Assembly (NCBI GenBank): GCA_934167485.1
Contig: CAKPKL010000006.1
Coordinates: forward strand, 41,466-105,465
DNA: 64,000 bases
Source: an uncultured Bacilli bacterium
GTDB taxonomy: Bacteria; Bacillota_I; Bacilli_A; RF39; UBA660
Direction of reading: 5' to 3'
This document shows, one piece after another, positions 9,393-19,207 of this stretch (its first letter is position 1; each line of letters begins with the position of its first letter). Both the position numbers and the translations under genes were made by a program. Under the pieces are notes generated by a model. It had not been told where the DNA came from. It made no database searches and saw only the letters and a list, made by a program, of their open reading frames with translations.

Positions 9393-10438
9393 TATATCAC
9401 CTTAAAATAACTAAGTGCAAAAGAAATAGTAAATGTAAGTAAAAATAACATTACCCATATTAATATTGCTTTTCCTTTATCTATTGGTATATTTCCTACC
9501 ATTTTACCAGTTTGTCCATTCATAGCAAACGTATATATTTTGTTTTTATATTTTATATTTAACATCCATACTGGAAGAAGTACATATGAATTATCTTTAT
9601 TATTTAAATTAATTGAGTGTCTAATACTTTCAATTTCATCATAATCGCTCATGTCTTTTTTCATTTGATTTATAAAAGAAGTCTTTACTCTATTTTGTGC
9701 GATTACTTCTGCTTCACCTTTTGATATATCATATTTTTCAGATAAAAATCCTGACAAATATGAATAATTAAATGTCTTTAGGTCATCATATTTAAAAGGT
9801 TCTATAGAATTCATAATATTATCTGCAAACTTTTTAGAACCATCTACAGGTATTTTATTAAAAGACATATCTCCACCACGAGTTACCAAATATGTATCTG
9901 TTTTTGTATATTTATATTCTCCACTTCTCCAAGTAGTTATCTTTTTACAATCTGCTTCTATTAATCCTTTAGCATCATAATCATATAACCAAAATGGTAT
10001 ATATACTCCACTCATTTCTTTTATGTTTTTACTATTATTAAATTCACTTGGAGTAAGTAATCTACCTTTTCTTATATTTTTAAATGCTTTTATTGCATCT
10101 TTTTTTGTTTTTTTAAACGGTATTATATACTTAGGACTAAATTCTCCTTGTAATTTACTTTTTAATATAGTTGTATTTTTACAGTATATGCATGATGTTG
10201 TGCTGACATTAGGATCAGCTATTACCTCAGCTCCACAATTTGGACAACTATAAGTATCTAAATCATCACTAGAATTAATTGTCTCATTTAATTGTTTACC
10301 AGTTGATTCTATGTATGAATTTAAATCATCTAAATTATAACTTTTTTTACAATACTCACATACCCAATTTTGACCTTCTGGATTAAACCTTAATACTGCA
10401 TTACAACTAGGGCATTTGTGGTCTAATGCATCTTTCAT
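9392..10438 (-). CDS. Double zinc-ribbon protein with C-terminal TM helix (YdjG-like architecture)
   Basis: Two ribbons: CPSCNAVLRF...CEYCKKSY and CPNCGAEV...CIYCKN. C-terminal helix ILIWVMLFLLTFTISFALSYF. Start moved from the track's 10468 to ATG 10438, which has a GTAGGTG RBS. Confidence 0.7.
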   Translation of the reverse strand: MKDALDHKCPSCNAVLRFNPEGQNWVCEYCKKSYNLDDLNSYIESTGKQLNETINSSDDLDTYSCPNCGAEVIADPNVSTTSCIYCKNTTILKSKLQGEFSPKYIIPFKKTKKDAIKAFKNIRKGRLLTPSEFNNSKNIKEMSGVYIPFWLYDYDAKGLIEADCKKITTWRSGEYKYTKTDTYLVTRGGDMSFNKIPVDGSKKFADNIMNSIEPFKYDDLKTFNYSYLSGFLSEKYDISKGEAEVIAQNRVKTSFINQMKKDMSDYDEIESIRHSINLNNKDNSYVLLPVWMLNIKYKNKIYTFAMNGQTGKMVGNIPIDKGKAILIWVMLFLLTFTISFALSYFKVI

Positions 10439-10519
10439 ATAAACACCTACTTTACTACAGTATACCACATAGAAAAAAATAAGTAATTAAGTTTTACTTA
10501 TTTTTTTTAAATTTTAATT

Positions 10520-10801
10520 CTATTTTACATCTTTTTCTTTTTCTAAAATAAAATATTTACAATCATAACTACATAATTCTTTTATATAATTATCTTTAAA
10601 TTTAATATCATTTATTTTGTTGCACATTTTATTTAACTTTGTACAAAAACCTTTAAGTCTTAACTTACCATAAGACCAATCACCTATTATATAATCATAT
10701 GGCTCAAAATATTCTGTATACTTTTCTTTAAATGTATCTGCATCAAAACCATCTTTATAATTTTCTATTAATTTATATTTTATATTATTTACTTCTATCA
10801 T
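10520..10801 (-). CDS. YutD-like protein (DUF1027)
   Basis: 93 aa. YKDGFDADTFKEKYTEYFEPYDYIIGDWSYGKLRLKGF is typical of the YutD family. Its ATG overlaps the upstream TGA (ATGA). Confidence 0.75.
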   Translation of the reverse strand: MIEVNNIKYKLIENYKDGFDADTFKEKYTEYFEPYDYIIGDWSYGKLRLKGFCTKLNKMCNKINDIKFKDNYIKELCSYDCKYFILEKEKDVK

Positions 10802-12492
10802 TTGTACACCTTCTTAAACGAATAACTAATTTCTTTATATTTTGTTAAATTTGATGATGAATTCCAAGTCATATATCCACCATTTAGTCCATTATCATAC
10901 AAAGCTTGTATTTGCTCTATTACTTTGTCTGAATCATAAATTACACTTGGCTGTTTTACTGTATTATAAGTTTGAATCCAAGTCCTAACAACAGCTGGAG
11001 TTGGTATTACTTCTTGTTTTGATTTAACTTGTTTACCCCATTCATTTAAAACTTTATATGGAACTGTCCAAACAACTTCTTTTATACCATATTCATGAGC
11101 ATTAAAATGATCAGGATATGGCATACCACTTATTACATCTGCTACATTTGAAATAGCTGGCCAAAACTGACCATAAGCAGTTACATAATTGGAAGCACTC
11201 TCACCAAATACATCTATTGAAACATATGCTCCTACATTATGTATCTCATCACATGCATACATAACAAAAGTCTGTAAGGCACTAGCTTTTTCTTCATCAT
11301 AAGTATTATTTAAATTAATTTTCCCTGTGCGCTCTAATTTAGTTGTTCTATCAGGAAATCTTACATAATCAAATTGAATTTCATTAAACCCTATTTCTGT
11401 TACAGCTTCTTTTGCAAGTTCTACATTAAACTGCCAAACATTTCTATTAAAAGCACTTGGCCAATAAGATCCATTATGACTAAAAGGTTCCCCATTTGAA
11501 TTCTTTATAGCGTCCTCTTTATTATCTTCAATATAATAAGAATCTTTAAATGTAGTAATTCTTCCAATTACATATATACCTGCTTCTTTTGCTTTTTTCA
11601 CATATGATTTATAAGCTTCATAATCATTTAGAGCGTGATTATAATTTGTAATAGAATATTCCTTCATAACTGGAGAATTGTATGCTGGTGATGTATTATC
11701 TTTTATATCTATTACAAAAGCATTTATATTATTGTTAAGTGCGAAATCTATATAAGCATCTATATCTTTAACAGCTGCACTATTAATATAAAGAGCTCTT
11801 ACTTCATCTGGCATTACATTATCTTTAAATTTAGGCTTTTGATATGGATAATAATCTAAGAAAGTAGCATTCCCTCCACCTAAAGTATCTCCCATACCAG
11901 ACATATATTCTAAAATTCCACCCTCATCATATAATTTATCACTCAATTCTTTAGTATTAACTAAATACTTACCATAAACATATCCTTCTATATTGTTATA
12001 TTTAATTTTATATCTATTAATACTACCATCACTAAGTACTTTATCAAATCCTATAATTTCAATTTCTTCTCCTTTTTTTATATAAGATAAAATTTTAGAA
12101 GAACTTGAATCTTTATATACAGTTACTGGCGTCCTAACATATAATTTTTTCTCTTTTATTATCTCATTTTCTTTATCAGTAATATTTTCTTTATTTATTA
12201 AATAAATCTTATTATTTAATTTTATTTTTTTATAAAATATATTATTATTTTCTTGTTCACTACTATAAACATCTACTTTACTACCTCTTATTATTTTATC
12301 AGTTTCTTTATAATTCTGATCATAAAGTAAAACTTCATTCTCATTACTAGAGATATAATAGGTATTTAGTCTATCTTTTGGTTTTACTAATTTTGGAATA
12401 AATAATAATAAGCCTATTATAAGTATTATCATAAATACTATAATAAATAATAGTTTTACTTTCTTTTTTACTACTCTTTTTTCCTTAGCCAT
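10798..12492 (-). CDS. Membrane-anchored putative glycoside hydrolase (DUF4015-like TIM-barrel domain)
   Basis: N-terminal TM helix, an SH3-like region, then FNEIQFDYVRFPD, which I recall as characteristic of DUF4015. Start moved to ATG 12492 (GGTGA RBS) from the track's 12525. Confidence 0.6.
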   Translation of the reverse strand: MAKEKRVVKKKVKLLFIIVFMIILIIGLLLFIPKLVKPKDRLNTYYISSNENEVLLYDQNYKETDKIIRGSKVDVYSSEQENNNIFYKKIKLNNKIYLINKENITDKENEIIKEKKLYVRTPVTVYKDSSSSKILSYIKKGEEIEIIGFDKVLSDGSINRYKIKYNNIEGYVYGKYLVNTKELSDKLYDEGGILEYMSGMGDTLGGGNATFLDYYPYQKPKFKDNVMPDEVRALYINSAAVKDIDAYIDFALNNNINAFVIDIKDNTSPAYNSPVMKEYSITNYNHALNDYEAYKSYVKKAKEAGIYVIGRITTFKDSYYIEDNKEDAIKNSNGEPFSHNGSYWPSAFNRNVWQFNVELAKEAVTEIGFNEIQFDYVRFPDRTTKLERTGKINLNNTYDEEKASALQTFVMYACDEIHNVGAYVSIDVFGESASNYVTAYGQFWPAISNVADVISGMPYPDHFNAHEYGIKEVVWTVPYKVLNEWGKQVKSKQEVIPTPAVVRTWIQTYNTVKQPSVIYDSDKVIEQIQALYDNGLNGGYMTWNSSSNLTKYKEISYSFKKVYK

Positions 12493-12544
12493 ACTATCAC
12501 CAATAATAGTATAACACAAAATCATTATTTTTTACTATATTTTA

Positions 12545-13300
12545 TCAATCATTAATACTTTTTGTTATACTAGGTGATGATAGATATCCATCAAAATAAT
12601 AACTCGGTACATTACCTTCTATTACTTTCATTAAAATTGGTATATCAACCTCTATAGTAGTATTATTTGATATAAATGGCAGTAATATTTTTACTTCTAC
12701 TGTTACATTTATATTCACTTTAATTAAAGCATTATTAATACCATACTCTTTAACATCTGTATTTATTCTACAAAAAATATTACCTACTAAACTAAGTCTC
12801 ACAGGTATTTTAGGAAAAATATTATTAAGCAACACATTATCAAATATAACTCCACTTGGTACTTCATATATTATTCCTTTATTTAATTTTTTCTTATTAC
12901 TTAATAAAGAACTATTTAGTTTTAATTTATCTACATTACCACTTTCTAAATACTCTAAATTTTGTTCTATTAACTTAGTAGATGATACCAATACATCATT
13001 TACTAAAGACATATTAAAATCTATATTTTTAATATTACCTGTAGAATCTTTATTAGTAATAATTAAATCATTAATATTTTTATATTTTGATATATTTTCA
13101 GATACAGTACTACTTATTACATTAGAAACTATTTTATTTGCTTCTATTTTAGAATAACTATCTATATGAGGTATAGCTTTTTCATTAAATATTTTTAATA
13201 TATAAATAATAGCTATAATAAGTAAAACTAAAATTATTATTATTTTATTTATTATATTATTTTTTTTTACTTTTCTTTTTTTTAAATGCATTCTATTCAT
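12545..13300 (-). CDS. yunB: Sporulation protein YunB-like
   Basis: 251 aa. N-terminal TM helix. C-terminal YEVPSGVIFDNVLLNNIFPKIPVRLSLVGN...GINNALIKVNINVTVEVKILLPF resembles YunB. No clear RBS, so the start is uncertain. Confidence 0.6.
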   Translation of the reverse strand: MNRMHLKKRKVKKNNIINKIIIILVLLIIAIIYILKIFNEKAIPHIDSYSKIEANKIVSNVISSTVSENISKYKNINDLIITNKDSTGNIKNIDFNMSLVNDVLVSSTKLIEQNLEYLESGNVDKLKLNSSLLSNKKKLNKGIIYEVPSGVIFDNVLLNNIFPKIPVRLSLVGNIFCRINTDVKEYGINNALIKVNINVTVEVKILLPFISNNTTIEVDIPILMKVIEGNVPSYYFDGYLSSPSITKSIND

Positions 13301-13355
13301 ACTAAAATATATGAATAATATATTAAATTTAGGAAAAAATATATGTGGTGATGAT

Positions 13356-13805
13356 ATGATAAAAGATATAATGAGTTATAAAATTATAAGTGGTAATACA
13401 GACGATTCATTTAAGGATATAGCAAGCCTTATGAAAAAAAATAATATAGGTTTTATACCAATAAAAAAGAATAATGATTTTGTGGGTGTTATTACAGATA
13501 GAGATATATGTCTAGCTATTTCTAATTTAAATAATATAAATGATAGTATTAAATCTTATATAACAAATAATATAGTATATACAGATATAAATGATAGTAT
13601 AAAAAGCGCTTTAGATACTATGTCAAAATATAAAGTTAAAAGATTACTAGTAAAAGATAATAATGAAATTGTTGGTGTGTTATCACTATCTGATATATTA
13701 AACTACACAAGTTATCCTAGTATAATTAATACATATAAAACTATATTTTATATACATGATAATACAGATAGAATACATACTGAAATTGATGAATTTTATT
13801 TATAA
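13356..13805 (+). CDS. CBS-domain pair protein
   Basis: Two CBS repeats (GFIPIKKNNDFVGVITDRDI and RLLVKDNNEIVGVLSLSDI). Start moved to ATG 13356 (GGTGATGAT RBS) from the track's 13311. Confidence 0.8.
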   Translation: MIKDIMSYKIISGNTDDSFKDIASLMKKNNIGFIPIKKNNDFVGVITDRDICLAISNLNNINDSIKSYITNNIVYTDINDSIKSALDTMSKYKVKRLLVKDNNEIVGVLSLSDILNYTSYPSIINTYKTIFYIHDNTDRIHTEIDEFYL

Positions 13806-13866
13806 AAAGGTACTATCTTAAATAAGTATCTTTTTTTAACAAAAAAACTTCTTAAAACTAAGAAGT

Positions 13867-15540
13867 TTAATTCATATTATTCATCTCAAGTACTCCAGTT
13901 TCACCAGTCTCTTTAATATAATAAAGTTTTAACCAGCTTCCCATTGAACCAAAGTCTTTAGATTTATCTTGAATTGTTAAATAAATACCATATTTACCAT
14001 CTACAGTATTCCATCCAGAATTCATATAATGAAATGTGTATTTGTTATTATCCCATTCCTCATCAAAAGTAGCAAGTATTTTATCATTAAAATCAACTAT
14101 ACTTAAATGTTTTTTATTCAATACAACAACAAAATCATCATAAAGATACATTACACTATCATAGTTAGAACTTTTTAATTTTAAATTTAAATTATTATCG
14201 TATACACTAAATCTTTTACCGCTACTTACAATAATGCTATTTTTAGATATTTTATAATTTTTAATATCTTCATCTTTAAATAATTCTTTTCCATTATTAT
14301 TATATAATTTTATATTACCAGTTTCTTTATTAATTGTAGATATATATAAATTTTTACCTTCACTATCTTCTATTATAGAAGATAATGTATCATTTATAGT
14401 ATAACTAACATTACCTGTTTTTAAATTAACAAAATTATATTTATCATTATCAACAAATACAGCATATCCATATTTATAAATAAGTGATATATCCATAAAT
14501 GATTGACTACTTAATAAATATCCTTTATTACTTTTTAAAGTTTTATTTGTAAGTAAAGAATAAATATAAGTATTACCATCTTTTTTATATACTATACCAT
14601 ATAATTTTTTTATGTAATTTAATGTATATGAGTATGGATTATCAATGTTTTCTACCTCAAATGGACCAAATTCTAAAGAATTATTTACATAATTATATAA
14701 ATAATATTCTTGGTTTTCTTTTATTATTGCATAATTATCAAAAGCTGTTACATACTGACAATCTTCACTTATACAAGTAACACTTCCCACTTGTTCTCCA
14801 TCAGTTGTAGAGTATTCATAATAACCATAAGAATTCAATACATTTTTTAAAATATTAATTGTTTTACCTATCTTTTCTTCTTCTTGTTTTTTTCCATAAG
14901 TAAATTTAATTGTTTTGTTATTTATTTTACAATTATTTAAATATATTGAACCATCTTTATAAATATCGTGAGTATTACAAATAACTTCATATTTTTTAAA
15001 TTTTATTAAATCTATTATTTGTTGCCAAGTCGGTGTTTCATCATGTTCTTTTATATAATCATTTACTATTTTTTTAGTATAATCTCCATAATCATTTAAT
15101 ACTTTTTTATAATCTATTACTTCTTCTTGTTCCTTATTATTACCATTTAATAGTAAACAAGTAATAATTATTCCTATAATTAAAACTCCAACTATTATAG
15201 AAATAATTATAATTAATTTTTTATTCTTCTTTTTGCTATGTTTGTCTTCTAAAGTTGGTTCCTCTTTTGGAACTTCTACAGTCTTTTCCTCTGATATTTC
15301 TTGTTTTACATCCTCTTCTGGAGTAATTATCTCTTCATTTTCTAATTCTTGTTCTACTAAATTAGTTAAATCAGTTAGTTCCTTTGTTTGTTCTAATTCA
15401 TTTAATTTTTTATTTTCATTTATTAATTCTTCCAATTCTTCAACTTTACTTTTAGAAGATTCTTTTTTTAATTCCTTTTTACATGACTCGCAAAATATTT
15501 CATTCTCATCTATATTAACACCACATCTTTTACACTTCAT
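13867..15540 (-). CDS. Zinc-ribbon / acidic coiled region / TM / large extracytoplasmic repeat-domain protein, function unknown
   Basis: 557 aa. N-terminal CKRCGVNIDENEIFCESCKKE. TM helix LIIIISIIVGVLIIGIITCLLL. The C-terminal ~400 aa are rich in Y/N/K beta-strand-like repeats (YAIIKENQEYYLYN, YGIVYKKDGNTYIY, YAVFVDNDKYNFVN). GGGGAGAAGG RBS. Overlaps the upstream gene by 11 nt. Confidence 0.7.
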   Translation of the reverse strand: MKCKRCGVNIDENEIFCESCKKELKKESSKSKVEELEELINENKKLNELEQTKELTDLTNLVEQELENEEIITPEEDVKQEISEEKTVEVPKEEPTLEDKHSKKKNKKLIIIISIIVGVLIIGIIITCLLLNGNNKEQEEVIDYKKVLNDYGDYTKKIVNDYIKEHDETPTWQQIIDLIKFKKYEVICNTHDIYKDGSIYLNNCKINNKTIKFTYGKKQEEEKIGKTINILKNVLNSYGYYEYSTTDGEQVGSVTCISEDCQYVTAFDNYAIIKENQEYYLYNYVNNSLEFGPFEVENIDNPYSYTLNYIKKLYGIVYKKDGNTYIYSLLTNKTLKSNKGYLLSSQSFMDISLIYKYGYAVFVDNDKYNFVNLKTGNVSYTINDTLSSIIEDSEGKNLYISTINKETGNIKLYNNNGKELFKDEDIKNYKISKNSIIVSSGKRFSVYDNNLNLKLKSSNYDSVMYLYDDFVVVLNKKHLSIVDFNDKILATFDEEWDNNKYTFHYMNSGWNTVDGKYGIYLTIQDKSKDFGSMGSWLKLYYIKETGETGVLEMNNMN

Positions 15541-16282
15541 GATCCTTCTCCCCTTTTATTTCAACAACTCTAGTTTGAGCAGCATAATCGTGTAAACCTC
15601 TATTATCTTTAGTAAATGCCATCATAAATATTATGGAAACCTCTATCGCATATGTTATAACATACATTATATTGGAATATATTATAAAATTATTTTTAGA
15701 AAGTATTAACATAAATATTATATTTAAAATATTTACAAATACTTCATTTACAATTAAACTTCTAACAAAATAATTTAATATATTTAATTTTTTATTACCA
15801 TTTGGTACTACTTTTAATTTCATTATTTTTTTACCTAGTGTATTACCAACATAAAATTGAATAACAACAAAATATAAAAGAAAACTCATAATTCTTATAA
15901 TTCCAGGTATTATAGAATATTTTGATAACTTATAACTATAATCTTCTTGAGTATCTTTAAAATCATCATTAATTTTTCCAATGAATTCTTCATAGTTATC
16001 TTTATCTATTTCTTTAATATCACTAAAATATTTCTTATAACTTGGATAAGTATTAACCAATTCTTTTATTTCTTTTTCATTTAATGTTTCATCTTTATAT
16101 TTTTTTTCTATGTCACTTATAAAATCCTCATAAGCAGTGTATTTTTCTTCATACTCTTTATAAGTTTTTTTGTACTTATTATAATCCTTATTTATGTAAG
16201 AATTATTTGATATTAATGTAGATATAGAAATAACTAAAACTATGTCTATTAAATATGCGATTATTCTTTTAAATATTTTCAT
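15530..16282 (-). CDS. RDD-family membrane protein
   Basis: N-terminal KRIIAYLIDIVLV and C-terminal NRGLHDYAAQTRVV are typical RDD-domain ends, with several TM helices between. Start moved to ATG 16282 (AGGAGAG RBS). The track start is a TTG at 16300. Confidence 0.75.
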   Translation of the reverse strand: MKIFKRIIAYLIDIVLVISISTLISNNSYINKDYNKYKKTYKEYEEKYTAYEDFISDIEKKYKDETLNEKEIKELVNTYPSYKKYFSDIKEIDKDNYEEFIGKINDDFKDTQEDYSYKLSKYSIIPGIIRIMSFLLYFVVIQFYVGNTLGKKIMKLKVVPNGNKKLNILNYFVRSLIVNEVFVNILNIIFMLILSKNNFIIYSNIMYVITYAIEVSIIFMMAFTKDNRGLHDYAAQTRVVEIKGEKDHEV

Positions 16283-16338
16283 AAAATCTCTCCTATTCAA
16301 TTTAATTATAACATATTAATTTAGAAAATAGAATAGTA

Positions 16339-17430
16339 TTAATTTTCATATCTTGATATATTTAATATTATACCTATACTTGTCATTGTTATAAGCAAAC
16401 TAGACCCACCGTAACTTAAAAACGGAAGTGTTACTCCTGTAACAGGAATAAGACCTACTACTACACTTAAATTAAGTATTGCTTGAAATATTAATCCAAA
16501 CGTTATTCCAAAAGATAAATACTTTCCAAATAAGTCATTACACTTCATACTTATCTTTAAACAGTTGTAAAAAATTAATATAAATAATAAAGATATTATA
16601 ACTATACCTAAAAAACCAAATTCTTCTGAAATTATTGAAAATATAAAATCTGTTTGTGGTTCTGGTAAATAAAAATGTTTTTGTATTGAATTTCCAAATC
16701 CAAGACCAAACAATCCACCTGGACCTATACTATATAGCGATTGAATTATTTGAAAACCACTACCCAAAGGATCACTCCAAGGATCTAAAAATGATAATAT
16801 TCTTTTTAATCTATAGGGTGCCACTACTATAAGTCCTACGACACCAATAAGTCCAACCATTCCAAATTTAAGAAATATTTTAATATCAAGTCCTGCTACA
16901 AATAAAATTCCAATAATTGTCATAACAAGAATTGTTCCTGTACCAAAGTCTGGTTGTAACATAATAATTCCAAAAATTAAGAGTGTTATCAAAAGGATTG
17001 GTAAAACCCCTTTCTTAAAATGTTTCATACTATTTGGATTATTAGAAAGATATTTGCTAGTGAAAATAATTAATCCAAGTTTAGCAAATTCACTAGGTTG
17101 TATACCAAAAGATCCTATACCAAACCAACTACGTGAACCATTTCTAACAGTACCAACTCCAGGTATTAAAACGAGTATTAGTAAAGAGATACAAATAATT
17201 AATATCTTATTTGAATATTTAAAATATTTCTTATAATCAATTCTACTTATAAAAATCATTAAAAATATACCTATAAAGAAAAATAATAATTGATTTTTTA
17301 GATATTTATATGGATCATTATATTTATATTCAGCCCATATATATGATGATGAATATATCATTATAACGCCAAATAAAGATATTACTATTACACTTATAAA
17401 TAAAGTTAATTCTATTTTTTTATTTTTCAT
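16339..17430 (-). CDS. SEDS-family peptidoglycan glycosyltransferase (FtsW/RodA/SpoVE)
   Basis: 363 aa, ~10 TM helices. Motifs GSRSWFGIGSFGIQPSEFAK, TDFIFSIISEEFGFLG and LPFLSYGGSSLL. Confidence 0.9.
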   Translation of the reverse strand: MKNKKIELTLFISVIVISLFGVIMIYSSSYIWAEYKYNDPYKYLKNQLLFFFIGIFLMIFISRIDYKKYFKYSNKILIICISLLILVLIPGVGTVRNGSRSWFGIGSFGIQPSEFAKLGLIIFTSKYLSNNPNSMKHFKKGVLPILLITLLIFGIIMLQPDFGTGTILVMTIIGILFVAGLDIKIFLKFGMVGLIGVVGLIVVAPYRLKRILSFLDPWSDPLGSGFQIIQSLYSIGPGGLFGLGFGNSIQKHFYLPEPQTDFIFSIISEEFGFLGIVIISLLFILIFYNCLKISMKCNDLFGKYLSFGITFGLIFQAILNLSVVVGLIPVTGVTLPFLSYGGSSLLITMTSIGIILNISRYEN

Positions 17431-17498
17431 TATAGTATCACCTATATAATTTTATTGTAAATTTTATAAAATATTAAAAAAGACTGAAATATCAGTCT

Positions 17499-19175
17499 TC
17501 ATCCTATTGTTACTGTTACATCTGTAATACTTGCGTCTAGAAGTCGTGCTTCTATAAATGTTTTTGCTGTTTCATCTTTTACTATAATACTTGTTACTCC
17601 ACTTAAATTAAACATATATTCGAAAATTGTTACTTTAGTAAAATCTGCTTTATTTATATTTATTGTATTTAGATTTTCTGTATTATCAAACATATAGCTT
17701 ATATCTGTTACTTTTGATGTATCGAAATTACTTAAATTCAAACTTTGAATATTTGAACATTCACTAAACATAGCTTTCATATTTGTTACATTACTTGTAT
17801 TAAAATTATTTAAATTTAAAGTTTGCAAATTTGAACATTTATTAAACATTAAGCTCATATCTATTACTTTTGATGTTTTAAAATTACTTAAATCTAGGGT
17901 TTGTAAATTTTCACAATGTTGAAACATTGCATACATATTTATTACATTTGAAGTATCAAAATTATTTAAATTTATACTCTCAAGCTTTGTACAATTATTA
18001 AACATAAAACGCATATCTTCTACTTTTGATGTGTTAAAGTTACTTAAATCTAAAGTTTGTAAATTTTCACAATGTTGAAACATTGCATACATATTAGTCA
18101 CATTTGCTGTATCAAAACTATTTAATTCTAAATTTTTTAATTTTTTACATTCACTAAACATATATTGCATAGTTGTTACACTTATCGTATTAAAATTATT
18201 TATATTTAAAAATTCTAGATTGTAACATTTATTAAACATAAAACGCATATCTTCTACCTTAACTGTATTAAATTTGCTTAAATCTAATGTTTCTAGTTTT
18301 TCACAAGATTGAAACATTACTCTCATTGTTGTAACTTTAGATGTATCAAAACTGCTTAAATTTAAATTTTGTAAACTTAAACAATTATTAAACATAGCCT
18401 CCATTGTAGTCACATTTGTTGTATTAAAGCCACTTAAATCTAAATTTAGTAATTTTTCACATCTTTGAAACATTCCTGCTAGATTTGTTACATTACTGGT
18501 ATCCATATTACTTAAATCCATGCTTATTACATTTTTATAATAATTAAATAATTTAGTAGAGTTTGGATTGGCTTTTACTCCTCCATCTTGTCCTATATAT
18601 AATTCATATAATCCGTTACTATCTTCATCTTTATACCATGCCATTATACTTCCATTTTGATTCTCTGATACATCAAAACTTCCTATTACATCACTAGGCA
18701 CTTCATTTGTTGATACTGTTATTATTTTTTCTACTTGTGATTTTGTTATTTCACTATTAAATACTTTTTGAGTCTCCCCATTTGTTGTATCTACTACCAT
18801 TAAATAATCTATTGGTACTATACAGTTCTCATCTTTACTTTGTGTTATTTTATTTGAATCATATGCCTTCACATAACACTTATTATTATATTTTAATGCA
18901 AGCGCTACTTCTCCATTTTTATTTACATATATTGCTCCATTATCTGGCTTTGTTCCTTTTATTTTATCTATTACTTTATCATATAAATTACCTGTTGCTT
19001 CATTTGTTGTTGCATACATCTCTGCCATATCTACTAGACTATTTATACTTTGAATATTTGCTGATTCTTTACTATCTTCTATTATATCTAACACTATTGG
19101 TGTTGCGATTAATGCAATTATAGCTAGTATTACTATGACTGCCAAAAGTTCTATTAATGTAAATCCTTTTTTCAT
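17499..19175 (-). CDS. Modular type IV pilin-like protein: prepilin leader + pilin module + 12 BspA/DUF285-type 26-residue LRRs
   Basis: 558 aa. MKKG|FTLIELLAVIVILAIIALIATP carries the N-terminal cleavage/methylation motif with Glu+5. Cys-Cys loop KCYVKAYDSNKITQSKDENC. Repeats follow of the form DLSNFNTSKVxxMxxMFxxCxxLxxL. The first ~240 aa are ~92% identical to 57101..58387. Confidence 0.85.
   Translation of the reverse strand: MKKGFTLIELLAVIVILAIIALIATPIVLDIIEDSKESANIQSINSLVDMAEMYATTNEATGNLYDKVIDKIKGTKPDNGAIYVNKNGEVALALKYNNKCYVKAYDSNKITQSKDENCIVPIDYLMVVDTTNGETQKVFNSEITKSQVEKIITVSTNEVPSDVIGSFDVSENQNGSIMAWYKDEDSNGLYELYIGQDGGVKANPNSTKLFNYYKNVISMDLSNMDTSNVTNLAGMFQRCEKLLNLDLSGFNTTNVTTMEAMFNNCLSLQNLNLSSFDTSKVTTMRVMFQSCEKLETLDLSKFNTVKVEDMRFMFNKCYNLEFLNINNFNTISVTTMQYMFSECKKLKNLELNSFDTANVTNMYAMFQHCENLQTLDLSNFNTSKVEDMRFMFNNCTKLESINLNNFDTSNVINMYAMFQHCENLQTLDLSNFKTSKVIDMSLMFNKCSNLQTLNLNNFNTSNVTNMKAMFSECSNIQSLNLSNFDTSKVTDISYMFDNTENLNTININKADFTKVTIFEYMFNLSGVTSIIVKDETAKTFIEARLLDASITDVTVTIG
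17586..18524 (-). repeat. Tandem 78-bp (26-codon) LRR-coding repeats inside the pilin-LRR gene (approximate bounds)
   Basis: 26-aa periodicity counted between the conserved Phe residues. Two units are near-identical at the DNA level (about 17880..17960 versus 18040..18120, both encoding YAMFQHCENLQTLDLSNF). Confidence 0.75.
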
Positions 19176-19207
19176 TTGATTCCCACTTTCTTACTTTAAC
19201 TATTACA

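Noticed and set aside
6925-10253. Plus-strand ORFs 6925..7107, 7700..7942, 9077..9286 and 10023..10253
   Set aside because: All lie antisense to thiI, the pilin pseudogene, the TPM gene or the zinc-ribbon gene. They have no RBS and biased low-complexity composition.
17586-18524. Regular 78-bp repeats as a possible CRISPR array or satellite
   Set aside because: They are in frame inside a long ORF and encode 26-residue LRR units with a conserved protein-level motif. There is no repeat-spacer alternation and no cas genes.
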